A stretch of 64,000 bases of DNA from NCBI RefSeq assembly GCF_001194135.2, contig NC_068992.1, positions 16,630,540 to 16,694,539 of the forward strand. The letters are read 5' to 3'. This document shows, piece after piece, positions 12,553-24,848 of this stretch. The stretch comes from Octopus bimaculoides (lineage: Eukaryota). The notes beneath the pieces are model-generated. The model was given only the letters and a program-made list of their open reading frames with translations. It was not told where the DNA came from and did not search any database. Within the stretch, counting starts at the first letter, position 1. The number at the start of each line of letters is the position of its first letter. Position numbers and translations under genes: made by a program.

Positions 12553-13065
12553 GGCAGTGAGCTGGCAGAAACGATAGCACGTTAGCAAAGGTTAGTCCTT
12601 GTTTGTCCCCTCTGTGTGTAGCCCCTTGTGGGCAGTAAACAAATAAGGAACGTCAGCACGCCGGGCGAAATTCTTAGCGGTATTTCGTTTGCTACTACGT
12701 ACTGAGTTCAAATTCCGCCGAGGTCGACTTTGCCTTTCATCCTTTCGGGGTCGACAAATTAAGTACCAGTTACGCACTGGAGTCGATGTAATCAACTTAA
12801 TCCCTTTGTCTGTCCTTGTTTGTTCCCTCTATGTTTAGCCCCTTGTGGAAAATAAAGAAATAAGAAAAGTTAGCACGCCGGGCGAAATACTTAACAGTAT
12901 TTCTTGTCTTTATGTTCTGAGTTCAAATTCAGCCGAGGTCGACTTTACTTTTACCCTTTTGGGCTCGATAAATTAAGTACCAGTTGCGTTCTGGGGTTGA
13001 TCTAATCGACTGGCCCCCTCCCCCAACATTTCGGGCTTTGTGCATAGAGTGGAAAAGAATATTTA
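12553..13065 (+). mobile_element. Nested, tandem SINE family A array: head, tail-T piece, body plus tail-T, body plus tail-U
   Basis: A-box-like TGGCAGAAACGNTAG, B-box-like GAGTTCAAATTCC, core GAGGTCGACTTTGCCTTTCATCCTTTCGGGGTCGA. Possibly one of the octopus tRNA-derived SINEs (OR/OK families); family name unverified. Confidence 0.85.
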
Positions 13066-13922
13066 TGCACACTGTGTCGCCCTCTCTACAACCACTATGT
13101 TCTTTCCCTTCTATGCCCGGTTTTTCCTAATGAAAAGTAGATTTGTAACCCTTGGATCCATCCTCTTCTATTATTTGGAAGGCAGGAAGACTCTGATTTG
13201 ATTCTTATGGCCCTTCCACGGTACGTCTTAAGCAAGTTGAATGCATAAGAGAAAGCAATGGGATGTGAACCGTTATACTATTTGTAATTTATTAATCGCA
13301 AATCAGGAATTTGAACTGAACATTTGAATTTGATTTCATCTGAAATCTTAATGCATCGACGCCAAAGTAATTACTGGAATAGCTTTATTCGGCGCTTAAC
13401 CGATTCTGTCCAGCAATCATCTAATGTCACAAAATGATACCAAACCTGAAACAATGCGCCTCTTAGCCAAAATTCTGAACATATTCACCACTGTGTGAGC
13501 CATGATGAAACAGTTTGTACTATAGATTTAGATTCTATCCAATTGTAATAACGTTTACACTCGTAGTCTCATTGATAGATATCACTTTTAAGTTGTAATT
13601 GAAAAAGGGAATGGCTACTCTAGCCTCAATCTGTTTCCTGGATACTTTTATGTAGTAGTTAGATATAAGAATGCTCAATGTAGTCCACACTTATTCAGTT
13701 AGACTTTTTCCCTCTTTGACTGCAATATTTGACAAATATTTGCCTAATCTCATACTATTTGGTTTCCATTTGTTTTGGGTTCTTTTTCCATGTTCCGTAG
13801 GTCTCATGAGATTGCCTACGCGGTTTCTAGGTCTTACACGTGAGGAGATCCTAATATTTTCCCTGAGCTGGAGTCCTGTCCGTTGCCGGTTTCAAGGCTA
13901 ACGACTCTAAGAGAAGAGAGCA

Positions 13923-14082
13923 AGTCTATTAAATCGACCCTAGACTTTATTTTATTGATACCGATGTTATGAAAGGCAAAGTTATCTTCCACGGAATATG
14001 AACTCAGACCATAAAGATCTGGAAGTAATACCGCTAAGTATTTTATCCGACGCGCTAATGATTCTGCTAGATCGTTGCCTTA
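13923..14082 (-). mobile_element. SINE family A (degenerate)
   Basis: ATGAAAGGCAAAGTT...GAACTCAG...ATACCGCTAAGTATTTT is the reverse complement of the A consensus. Confidence 0.7.
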
Positions 14083-15004
14083 CTACTGGATTTACCTTGA
14101 GATAAATTGTAAGAGCAGCGTTAACAAAACCAAAATCTATAACGCATTATTACACAGTGTGCACCACTGGTAAATTAATGCAGATCGGATGCACAGTAAT
14201 AATTGCAGTGAGAGTTGCTGGATATTGTTGATTGCTTTAAACCACCAGGAAATATATTGCAGATGAAAATGTCTCACTTCTCTCATGTATGGAACCATAC
14301 TAGAGTAAACTTCAGTCAAAAGTAATAATTTCCGTCGTTGACGAGATGTTAAATTCTAGATGTTATAACCACACAGAAATATGAATAAAGCATTTGAATT
14401 TATTCGTGTGATTTCAACTTCACTGAGATTGTGTACTACAAAATATATTATTCAGTCTGAGGCAGCTGATACTTTCACATTCTGAAAGAAATATATTTCT
14501 TAATTTTCTCGTTGCTAATGAAAAGTACAGCAAAGGTAATAACAACAATGTCTACTTCAGTCTAAGCAGCTGATGCTTTTAGATCCAGAAGGAAAATGTC
14601 TCTGCAGTTTCTCTTTAACTCTTTATAAGAACTGCGCAGGGAACGTCATCAATTTGTTGTCTCGTTTATAAAGCTGCAATTCTGAGTATTACTTATATTC
14701 TCTATTTGTGTCTTTCAATCTCGTCTCTACAGTAAATTTTGCTCTATAGTCAGGCCTAGTTATACGGAAAAAAGTCATTTTAATATGCTATTAGCGACAG
14801 CAGTAACCATTTAGATTACATCCGACTCAGATATAATGTAATCAAAAACACAAAAGACTTCGGAAGAGATACACTTTGTGTGATATTTTGTTATGAATTT
14901 TAATGGAATAATGGTGAAAGTAGAAACTCAAGGAAACACTGTATATCAAAAATAATGTGTCAGTTTTACCACATTGCCGGAATTAGTCATCGTGTAACCA
15001 GTAG

Positions 15005-15445
15005 CTTCCTTTCTACTATAAGCACAATGCTGAAATTTTGAGAGAGGGGGCACGTCGATTGCATCGACCCTAGTACTTAACCGGGACTTGTTTCATCGAC
15101 CCCTAAAGGATAAAAGACAAAGTTGACTTCGGCGGAATTTCAACTCCGAACGCAAAGATGGACGAATTACTGCTAAGTATTTTTGACCAGCACGCTAAGG
15201 ATTCTGCCAAGCTCAGTGCCTTAATGTAATAGTAAAACTACTGGTTTCAAATTTTGTCGCAAGGCCAGCAATTTCGGTGGAGTGGGCAGGTCGATTTTAT
15301 CGACCGCGGTACTTGAATGGTATTTATTTTATCGATCCCGAAGGAAGGAAACGCGAAGTTAACATCTGCGGAATTTGGACTCAGAACGTAAAGACAGGAG
15401 CAATTCCGCTAGGCATTTTGCCCGTTGTGCTTAATGCAATCAGTA
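15005..15445 (-). mobile_element. Two adjacent SINE family A copies (15005-15222 and 15240-15445)
   Basis: Each has a reverse-complement core, B-box and GCTAAGCATTTT segment. Confidence 0.7.
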
Positions 15446-16229
15446 ATATCGACATGCAACTAATAACATAAAGCATTTGGCTCACTGTACTATGCAAAAC
15501 TTCACGTAAGCTTATGTGTAGCATCTATCAGGAAAATATACGCCGTAGTTACAAAGGGAATGTACCATTGCGGTTTTGCACAAATATATTCCTGAGACTA
15601 TAACACAAAAATCGACTAAAAAAAAAGGGCCAAACATTTGTGAGAAAGCAAAAGATATATGCTTTGAAATTTTACCTCAAAAACACGAATGAACGAGTGT
15701 GAAAATGTCTAATCCTAGACGTGTTAGAAATAACAGGTATTTCACATCATGCTGTGTTAAATTTTTTTTTTAAATGAGAAATTATACATTTTGTTAGCTA
15801 CTTGCAAATATAGAATTCGTTCATTTTTTAAATAGCACTTACTCTATTTTGCCTTGATTCGGGAGATTAAGTGCAAAATCAAAGGCGTTATCTTATCCGA
15901 CGAAAACGAGAAGGATGGGATGTAAGGAACTGCAAAATTACCTTCACCTGAAAAACAATATTTCAATGTTTAGAAAGATTTTTACAAATATAACTTAAGA
16001 AGACTGGTGATAGTTCAAAATATTTCAGACAGATATTCATTTACAATATTACACAGCTCAACTTAAGATGTGTTTCACTTAACAGCATTAACTATGAAGC
16101 GAACTATGAAATCTAAGAAACAGAAGATAAAAGTAGAAATATTTTACAATGAAACAATTTCGAGCCTAAGCTCTAAAAGGCAATCCACCACATAAATACC
16201 CGCTTCGGATATGAATGGTCATGGAATTG

Positions 16230-16472
16230 CGCCTAGAAAATTACCCTGAAAGGCACAAATCCAGGCAACGTTGTTTATGGAAGACCACAGCCGCCCATGC
16301 ATACCAGCCTCTCCACTCCATGCCACTGATGTTAGCCAAGGGAAAAGCAAAGGCACCACAACACATTTCTACTGCTGCTCAAGAACACAACATACAGGCC
16401 TGTCCGGGAATCAAACTCACTGCCTCATGGTTATGAGCCCGACTGTCTAACCACTGAGCCTTGCGCCTTCAC
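16230..16472 (-). mobile_element. tRNA-derived SINE family C
   Basis: Minus strand starts GTGAAGGCGCAAGGCTCAGTGGTTAGACAGT (A-box) ... GAGTTTGATTCCCGG (B-box). Confidence 0.65.
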
Positions 16473-16579
16473 ATGTCTCAAGGTGGTCTTTACCTATGTC
16501 TATACTGATATATATACAGATGCATATATACATACATACACACATATACGTATATAAATTCATACATACATACAATCGG

Positions 16580-16832
16580 TTTCATAGGCAACATCGGTTA
16601 GACCACATAACTCCCTAAGGAGAATAAGACCAGTTTCGCAGCTTCTTTGGCTTATATAATCATCCCTGGACGGGATGCCGGACATAACAGGATTACTCAT
16701 TTTTGATAGCTGAATGAACAAGAGCAACGTGAAATGAAGTGTTTTGCTCAACAATACAACGTATCGCCCGGTTCAGGAAACGAAACCACAGTCTTACGAT
16801 CATCAGTGCAACACCCTAAATAGTATGTCATG
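16580..16832 (-). mobile_element. tRNA-derived SINE related to family C, different body
   Basis: B-box GTTTCGTTTCCTGAACCGGGCG; shares a TTGTGTT/TTGAGCA segment with 16230-16472. Confidence 0.55.
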
Positions 16833-17724
16833 TGACAGGTAACATAATGAGTTGAAAATTTTTACTCTACTGTGTGGTAATTATTCTTGCAAGGCTGTGG
16901 CATAACACTGCACTAATTGTGTTTAAATCTTTCAAAAACAAGAAGCAAGGGAGGTTATTCCAATAAGTTGTAAATACAACAGGCGCTGTTTCAATCTTGT
17001 TAGATCCCTACGAAACAATTTGGTTGCACAGGTGTCTCGACTAAATTGATCCCTTACGTATAGAAACAAAGAAGAAGAATTCACATTGATCATACCCAAG
17101 TATGATAATGCGCAATTGAGTATCCACTGTAAAAAAAACATACACCATGAAGAATTCCTCTCGATGCATTTTCATTTACCCACATAGTCAGAGTATAATC
17201 CCGTTTTATTTTCTACATATATAACTTCACAATTCTAGTAGAAATCTCTGCAAGTGATTATTCTTAACATTTAACCTAAAATCAAAATTAAGATTTCGAT
17301 TATGAGTTACCTTTTCTTACTTTAGAACGAAGCGGTGAAAGGCCTCAGGAAGCATAAGAAAAGTTTTTAGTAAAATAAAACATTAATAGCTTTAAAAGAA
17401 TTAATTAGGGTTATAATTTTTTACCAATATTCAATTTCATAAAACTTTAAATCCGTATTGATTTAATAATATCCAGCAGATCTACTTGATTAAATTTCTC
17501 TGATATGACATTTAATCTACCTTTTTCCTTAAATTAAACAACATATGAATATTGCCTTTTTGTTACTTTGTATGATTTTAATTTCTCTCCTTAAACCATA
17601 TTTGATTAAATTTAGTTCATAAAACTATTTTCAAACTAATATTTGAATATATATGACACGATGTGGATGACGCTTGCAAAGACTAACGTTTTATAGCCAA
17701 TCTCATTCACTCACTTTTGTGAGC

Positions 17725-17725
<1 letters not shown>

Positions 17726-17767
<42 letters not shown>

Positions 17768-17782
17768 TTCACACACACACAC

Positions 17783-17856
<74 letters not shown>

Positions 17857-17897
17857 GTGTGTGTCTGTGTGTCTGTGTGTGTGTGTATATATATACA
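17726..17897. repeat. Compound (TA)n(CA)n(TA)n(CA)n(TA)n(TG)n microsatellite
   Basis: Read directly from sequence. Confidence 0.95.
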
Positions 17898-18103
17898 TAC
17901 ATTGTCATTTTCAAACTATACTTCAATATTCTCCGCTGTATAACGTTAATAATATAGTTAATGACCATAAAACCCAGTGACCCTTTAACCGTTTCTTTAT
18001 TTATTTAATAAAACTCATATGTTAATTTTATTTATTTATTTAATAACAGCTTTAATTCAGAGAAGCCTCTGACAGGTCTCTCCTTCTCTCACCATTTCCC
18101 TCT

Positions 18104-18151
<48 letters not shown>

Positions 18152-18580
18152 CTAAGAAGGTCTGTTCTTTTTCACAAACTAGATACACACGTAATATTCC
18201 TACTCACTTTTATATACCTTCACAAACTTTACAAAATAATTTATAGCTCCTTGAGCAGTCAATTTCCAGATAAGATCAATCCCAGAATTAATTGCCCATC
18301 TGTGCCCACTCCATATATTACGCCAGCACTATTGCTTATTATAATTCTCTGATAGGTAATATGATGTGAGTATAAGACAACTAGTCGTGTACAGACGAAG
18401 GTGGAAGTAACCATAACGACATACATGTTTGGACATGTACGTGTGTATATATGTGTGTGTATGCATGTGTGTGCGCCTGTGTGTATGTGAGTGTATGTAT
18501 GTGTGCGCGATTTATGTGTGTGTGCGTGTAACTCACCCACATATATAGCTGTATTCGAGGGTGTGTGTCAATATATGCAT

Positions 18581-19125
18581 GATTTGATTTGATTTGATCT
18601 AGTTTCAGCTGATGAGCACAGGCATGCTGGAACACCGCCATTTGGTGTTGCTACATAATGTTACTTCACTAATTCTGTTTAGAAATCGACGTTTGGTGCA
18701 TGCAGGAGTTTGATGCCGCTGCATTCATCTGCACTTCTTGCTGTGAAGTTGGTTCATCTGCGACAATTGACAGTATGAGGTCTAGTTTCGTTTTGAAGAC
18801 ACCTACATCTACCCCATGTAGGTTTCTCAGGTCCTTCGGGAGGATATTGAAGAGTTGTGGGCCTTTAAGGCCCAGGCTGTTGAAGCATCTTGTCCTTTAT
18901 CCTGATAACAAAGTTGGAGTCTTTGGCACTATGCAGGGGCGCCCTATTCTATCATTAGTGTAACTCTCGATGCCAAAGTGCGGGACAAATCCTTCTAGGA
19001 TCTTCGAGATGTATACTATGGCATATTTTTCGCGCCTACGCTCGAGGGAATAGAGTCTCAAACTCTTGAGTCTTTCCCAGTAACTTATATGCTGCATAGA
19101 GGCAGAGTTGGTATTCTCTTTCACT
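18581..19125 (-). mobile_element. CR1-group (CR1/L2/Crack-like) LINE 3' fragment with (AAATC)n tail
   Basis: SYWERLKSLRLYSLERRREKYAIVYISKILEG ... GPQLFNILPKDLRNL...FKTKLD...DEP; tail reads GATTTGATTTGATTTGAT on the plus strand. Confidence 0.8.
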
Positions 19126-19226
19126 GATCTTTAACTTTATGATCACACCTGCTGGGTAACTTTATTCCACTGCTTTACTTATATTCTATGTTAGAACGCA
19201 AATCGGTAACTATTGTCTATTATGTT

Positions 19227-19300
19227 TGCATTTTACTACAGTTTCCATAATGCATTTTACTACAGTTTCCATAATGCATTTTACTACAGTTTCCATAATG
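19227..19300. repeat. Perfect tandem repeat, 3 x 24 bp (TGCATTTTACTACAGTTTCCATAA)
   Basis: Units start at 19227, 19251 and 19275. Confidence 0.95.
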
Positions 19301-19399
19301 ATATTCCACCAGTAGTTTTTCGTGTTATGATTAGCTATGGTATCTGCTGCACTGTGAGCGTTTATATATTTTGACTCAATAATATTTTCCTATGGATCA

Positions 19400-20470
19400 C
19401 ACTGCACAGTGTGTTGGCTGTAGAAACATGTCACAACGAAAGATGAATACACGATGGCATTTTTGGACAACTGCTTATATATTCAGCGTTTGTTAATTCC
19501 ACAAAGTTTGCATGCGTTATAACATTTACCTCAGTCTTTGTCTATTTTGTGCATATTATCAAGGTGGTTGTCAATCACGATAGCATATCTATGCATTGCT
19601 TTCTGTTAATATACGCTCATCCTTTCGTCTGTTGCTATATTGCGGTAGATTCTTACAATTTGTTTGTGCATGTTCTCCAGGTTAACTGACAAGGAATATT
19701 TCTCGAAGAGCTGCTTTCCGAATCTCGTGATTTTGATTTGCCATGTCCAGTGCATACCTAACCGGTGGGTCCACTTCGACATTTATGGTTAAAATATGCT
19801 GTCGATGAAATACGATGTGACATTCAAATTCTGTCTTAGTCGAAAAGGATGTTTTCGTTTTACGCAAGGGTGACCTACGCCACTGTTAAATTGAATTCTT
19901 TTCTACTGGTTAATATCTTTCGGATTTTCATAATTGTGGCTCAGATGTTATGAACTGTTTAATCAAGTTGCATAAGTGTTGGTTAGAATACTGGTACTGC
20001 CAACCACATCATGCTGCAAGAACTGGTATCCATATTTACTTAGTAAGGCGTTCCTTGTTACATTTACCATCATAGGATATATTCTCACCGATCTCTAGAT
20101 GTGTGTAGCATTCCTCATCAGATATTGGTGAAACAGTCACGGCTGGATAAAGATGTTGCATATCAGATTTAGAATTTCAATTGTTTTAAAATTAATTCGA
20201 AACATTTGTCTTTTCCGGACACATTCCCTATGTCTTTCGAGAATGTTGTAAACAGGTGAATTCTCTTTTTCAGATCATATAAATTCCTGGCGGAAAGGAA
20301 TATGCCTCATATGAAAAATCGTTTACAAACAGGCAAAGTTTAATCTTGAAACTTCTGTCTCTCTGTGAACCAAAAAATGACATCCTTCAGGCTTCCTCAG
20401 AATGAATGACAAGGGCTTCAACTTCACAGATATACTCGGAATACACCTCTACGACACCACATTCTATTAG
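19400..20470 (-). mobile_element. Older R4/Dong-clade LINE remnant (RT region)
   Basis: Colinear nucleotide similarity to 9750-10900 (e.g. CTCATCCTTTCGTCTG and GAGAATGTTGTAA); degenerate peptides YTHLEIGENISYDG..KERLTK and LCLFVNDF. Confidence 0.65.
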
Positions 20471-21430
20471 TGATAATGTTATAACCACTTATATTTACTT
20501 GGATGATAGTGACCTAGGGTGATGTCAGGGCTGCTATGGCTTTGATCGGATCCCCACAAACCACAAATTATGGAGGGAGTCAAATTCTTTCTTATAGTCC
20601 AGTCATATTGTAACTAGCTTTCTCTTATGTTGCCGCACATCTCACAATAAAGTTTTATTGCTCAGCAGTTGCTCAGAATACCCACAAACTGTTTTATTCA
20701 CGCACTTGTATGCCAGCTAGTGTTACTGAGTAGCCTCTGTGTTGTGCGATTATCTTTAGTTATTCATGTTGTATATTTCTATACAGACATAACTTGTTAT
20801 TCTGTCTATGTAATGGTGTCTTCATTGCGAGATCTAACAATTAAAATCAGCAATTACAGACTTAATAAAACTGAATAATGCTTATTACTATTATTATTGC
20901 AACCCTATTTTTCTCCCATTGTCGGGGTTTACATGTATTTCTCATATTTTCGGTTTACTACTCCTACAATTTCCATTAGAGATATAGTTTTAAGTGTAGT
21001 CTTCAGGTAAGATTTACGACTAATATTTAGTTAGACAATCTAAGAAATTTTATATTTAGACAACTGGTATTTATGCCATCAGTGTTTATATTTTGTGTGT
21101 GTATGCATTAGTTTTATTACAATAGTTTGCTATGTACTAGTTACGCACCAGAGTACATGTGGCATTCTTTACTAGCTATTATTTGATTCTATTATCTGAA
21201 GAAATAAAAATATTTTTCAATGTTTCCAGATTCTAAATGTCAAATCTATTTTTATATTGAAAGGTGTTCGCGTAATTATAGATTTCAAAATAAACTTAAC
21301 TCCGACATTAAAAGTTTGAAGAAAACTAAAGTATTTTTCTTTTCCCGATAAAACTAACAGACATTGTAAAGTAGAAAATAACACATTCACAAAAGAAAAT
21401 ATAGGAAGCGTTGTCAATATGCATAAGACA

Positions 21431-21495
<65 letters not shown>

Positions 21496-21734
21496 AGTAA
21501 TCATTTGGAGCTTGGGTACATCGTTAGTAGTATGCCGATCAAAGGACTTTCACTGCATACGCTACCTAATGTCATCCACAGTTATGCAGTTATGACACAA
21601 GAGTGACTAGATCTATTTCAGGATACAACACAACTAGTTATACATATCCTACCCACATGGGACAGGAGCAGAATGTGTGGAAACGGTCGTTCTGAAGATT
21701 GTTGCTGACTCCATTTTCCGTTTCCCTCATTCAT

Positions 21735-21769
<35 letters not shown>

Positions 21770-22134
21770 CATACACAAAATATTCGTGTAAACTCATGAA
21801 TCACTTTTGATATGTTTGATTGCATTGGAGTATGCTATGATCATTTGAAGCAGAGATAGTCCTACGAGAGTATTAGCAAGCATTCGATGTGTGGTTTTTA
21901 AAAGATTTAATATTATTCTTATCGGGCAGTGAGCGACTACGTTGTTTCTTCATAGCTGACGAAGCGGAACGACGCAGAAATGAATGTATTCTACTCTCGA
22001 ATGACGTCACATCCCAAATAATATGCGTTTTTGCAGAAGTCTAAGTGGAGGACATGCTCCCGAGACTACTGAACGTTCACTCTCCCAACCGATATTTCAT
22101 TTGCTGTCTACATTTTTCCAAGTGGGATAATCTT

Positions 22135-22320
22135 TTCTTCTCTAGGTATTTTTGGGTGTGGGCCAGTCGATTAAATCGACCCCAGTACGCAACTGGCACT
22201 TAATCTTTCGACCCCGAAAGGCAAAGCCGACCGTGGCGGATTTGAACTCAAAACGTAAAAACAGACGAAATACCGCTAAGCATTTTGTCCAGCGTGCTAA
22301 TGTTTTTGCCAGCGCGCCCA
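22135..22320 (-). mobile_element. SINE family A
   Basis: GATTTGAACTCAAAACGTAAA...ATACCGCTAAGCATTTT...TGCCAGC. Confidence 0.8.
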
Positions 22321-22552
22321 CTTTTCGGGTGGGATAATACTATAGGTAGTATAGAAATGAATATAGGTTTTGGCTGGTTGGAGGACACAGATTAATGAGG
22401 TATATTCAACTTTAGTGTACAGCAGATATGTACGAGCACCTTAGCTGATGTATAATAGACCTAACAACAACGGCCATAGAGTTATACGATTATACGGAAT
22501 ATTAAGTGAGCTGTTTGTGATTATTCCAGACCTCATATTTATCTTTCTTTGG

Positions 22553-22766
22553 GATGGGGAGCTGCCAGAATCGTTAGCACGGTGGGAAAAATGCTTAGCG
22601 GCATTTTGTCTGCCTTTACGTCCCGAGTTCAAGTTTTACCGAGGTCGACTTGGCCTTTCATCATTTTTGGATCAATACAAGATGTAGCAGCTGACCTGTG
22701 AAGGGAATCTGGTCGATTTGTCCCCTCCCAAGAAATTGCTGGCCTTGTGGTAAAATTTGAAAACGA
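22553..22766 (+). mobile_element. SINE family A
   Basis: GAGCTGCCAGAATCGTTAGCACG...GAGTTCAAG...GAGGTCGACTTGGCCTTTCATC. Confidence 0.8.
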
Positions 22767-23711
22767 TATTTTTTTTCTCACAACATTCGTGCCTTCAATT
22801 GTTTCGTTTTCATGAACTCTAACTATGGAATAAATTTGAAAACATAATACGAGTAGCTGACACATCGAAATGAAGTTATGAAGCTATAGGAAGTTAAGCA
22901 TCAAAACACAAATGAGAAAATTTATATATTGTATTGTTAAATATCAACGAGTCCCGGTAATTACAACGGAACTTCGTGTTATAAATTTTCCTCACGTCAG
23001 AGTCAACATACACATAAATATAACTTTACGTCTAAATCAATGAATACATCAGAATTATTAATAAACTTATTCATTACTTATTTATATGTTTTAAAAACAT
23101 ATTTAGTAATAAAAGTGGTGTTTTACCTCTTTTCTTTCAAACGATGATATCTTCGTGAAAGCAGCTTCCATTTAAGACACGTTTGTATTTAAGCAGTGTC
23201 AAATAAGAAACAACAGACATCACAATGCTCCTGTCATTTTAGCCATACTAATAATGCATTCCAAAACATGAAGTAGTTTGACATTTTACTTTTTGTATAA
23301 TGGTTATAGTTTAATATCGCCAAATATTCCTGATTCACTCACGTTTTGGCAAACACTTCGACAGTAAATGCGCAGACGTTACTTTCGGGTTTACTTTACT
23401 AAAGGAAAATAATGCTTATACTATCAAATAACAATATCACGTGATGTATGCTACATATGTAGTAGTATCTGTGCATGTGTTGTAAAGAATCATGCAATGC
23501 CAAATTGTTACTGAATGGAGGAAAAAATCATCGGTGACACCGAATCGATTCGTGGATCCAAACTACGAGAAAGAGTTTTTAGTGGAATAAATTCAAACAA
23601 TATAAGTATAACCACACTTTGTCTTTCAATCAACAAAAAATATTTAGAATCAAATCCAGAAGCATGGACCTCAGTTATACCACTTGAATTAAAATATGAA
23701 ATGTTATTTTC

Positions 23712-23918
23712 TACTCCAGGCGTAAGGCTTGAAATTTTTGGGGAGGGCGCCAGTTGATTAGATCAACTCCAGTACGCAACTGCTACTTAATTTATCAAAC
23801 CGAAAGCATCAAGGGCAAAATCGACCTCGGCGGAATTTGAACTCAGAACGTGAGGACAGACGAAACACCACTAAGCATTTCGTCCAGCATGCTAACGTTT
23901 CTGCTAGCTCGCCGCCTT
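23712..23918 (-). mobile_element. SINE family A, near full length
   Basis: TCGACCTCGGCGGAATTTGAACTCAGAACGT...GCTAACGTTTCTGCTAGCTCGCCGCC. Confidence 0.85.
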
Positions 23919-24126
23919 TAAAATATGGAATATTGCTCACAATTTATATCAGAGCACATTCATATTTTTGCGATTATTCCCTCTTCAGCCGCTGGTTAAT
24001 TAAACAAAATATCGTTTAGCGACACTATGCATAGTTCGAGAATTGGACTATTCCTCTCTAGGAACGGAAAGACCCAGAATCGAATAAAGGTATCACTTTA
24101 AGAATCACGGAAAATATAACTATTCC

Positions 24127-24169
<43 letters not shown>

Positions 24170-24791
24170 GTGTGTGTCTGTGTTCGTGTGTCTGCGCGTG
24201 AGTCCGTTAGTATTTACATGTATGTGTGTGCACACACATACACACACATATATACATACATACATGCATATATATATATACATTTACTTTACCTATATAT
24301 ATATATATATGTATACATATGGAGAGAAATATACAGATATAGAATACGGATAATGAGAGACAGAGGGAGAGGGAGATGGGAGAGATACCTAAATACTTTC
24401 TTTAATAGAGGAATATTCTTATTACGACTCGTAGATATAATTTAGGAACATACTATAGACATATGCACATGATCAAATAAAATATTTTTAGTTATGTATA
24501 CGAACTATTTAATCAATGACATTACGTAGCAACTCAACGTTGACTGATGTTTCTTTGTATCTTTGTAAACTACAAGAACAGGAGTAAGAGACCTAATATA
24601 TATCACATAAAATATTATTCTTATTTATATTTTTAGATCTGGAATATTTCGGTATATATTTCCTGTCTATAATTAAACTTGTATATTTCTATGTATGTGC
24701 GTGTGATAGCACACACACACAGACACAGACACACACACACATACACGCACAGACACACACATACACGCACGCACACACATACATTCACACA

Positions 24792-24848
<57 letters not shown>

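Noticed and set aside
11921-12743. 231-bp exact duplication (11921-12151 = 12513-12743)
   Set aside because: 100% identical and bounded by N gaps on both sides; typical scaffolding or haplotype artefact.
18605-18650. CTGATGAG, a possible hammerhead box
   Set aside because: No GAAA box or stems; it lies antisense within the CR1-group 3' UTR.
19227-19300. Short direct repeats as a CRISPR array (also 56639-56692)
   Set aside because: No spacers and no cas genes; eukaryotic context.
23515-23757. 80-aa ORF MEEKIIGDTES...
   Set aside because: No recognisable domain, its 3' end runs into an antisense SINE, and the length is expected by chance.
23712-23918. A-box/B-box heads as tRNA genes
   Set aside because: No cloverleaf, and they continue into shared SINE bodies; SINE heads, not tRNAs.
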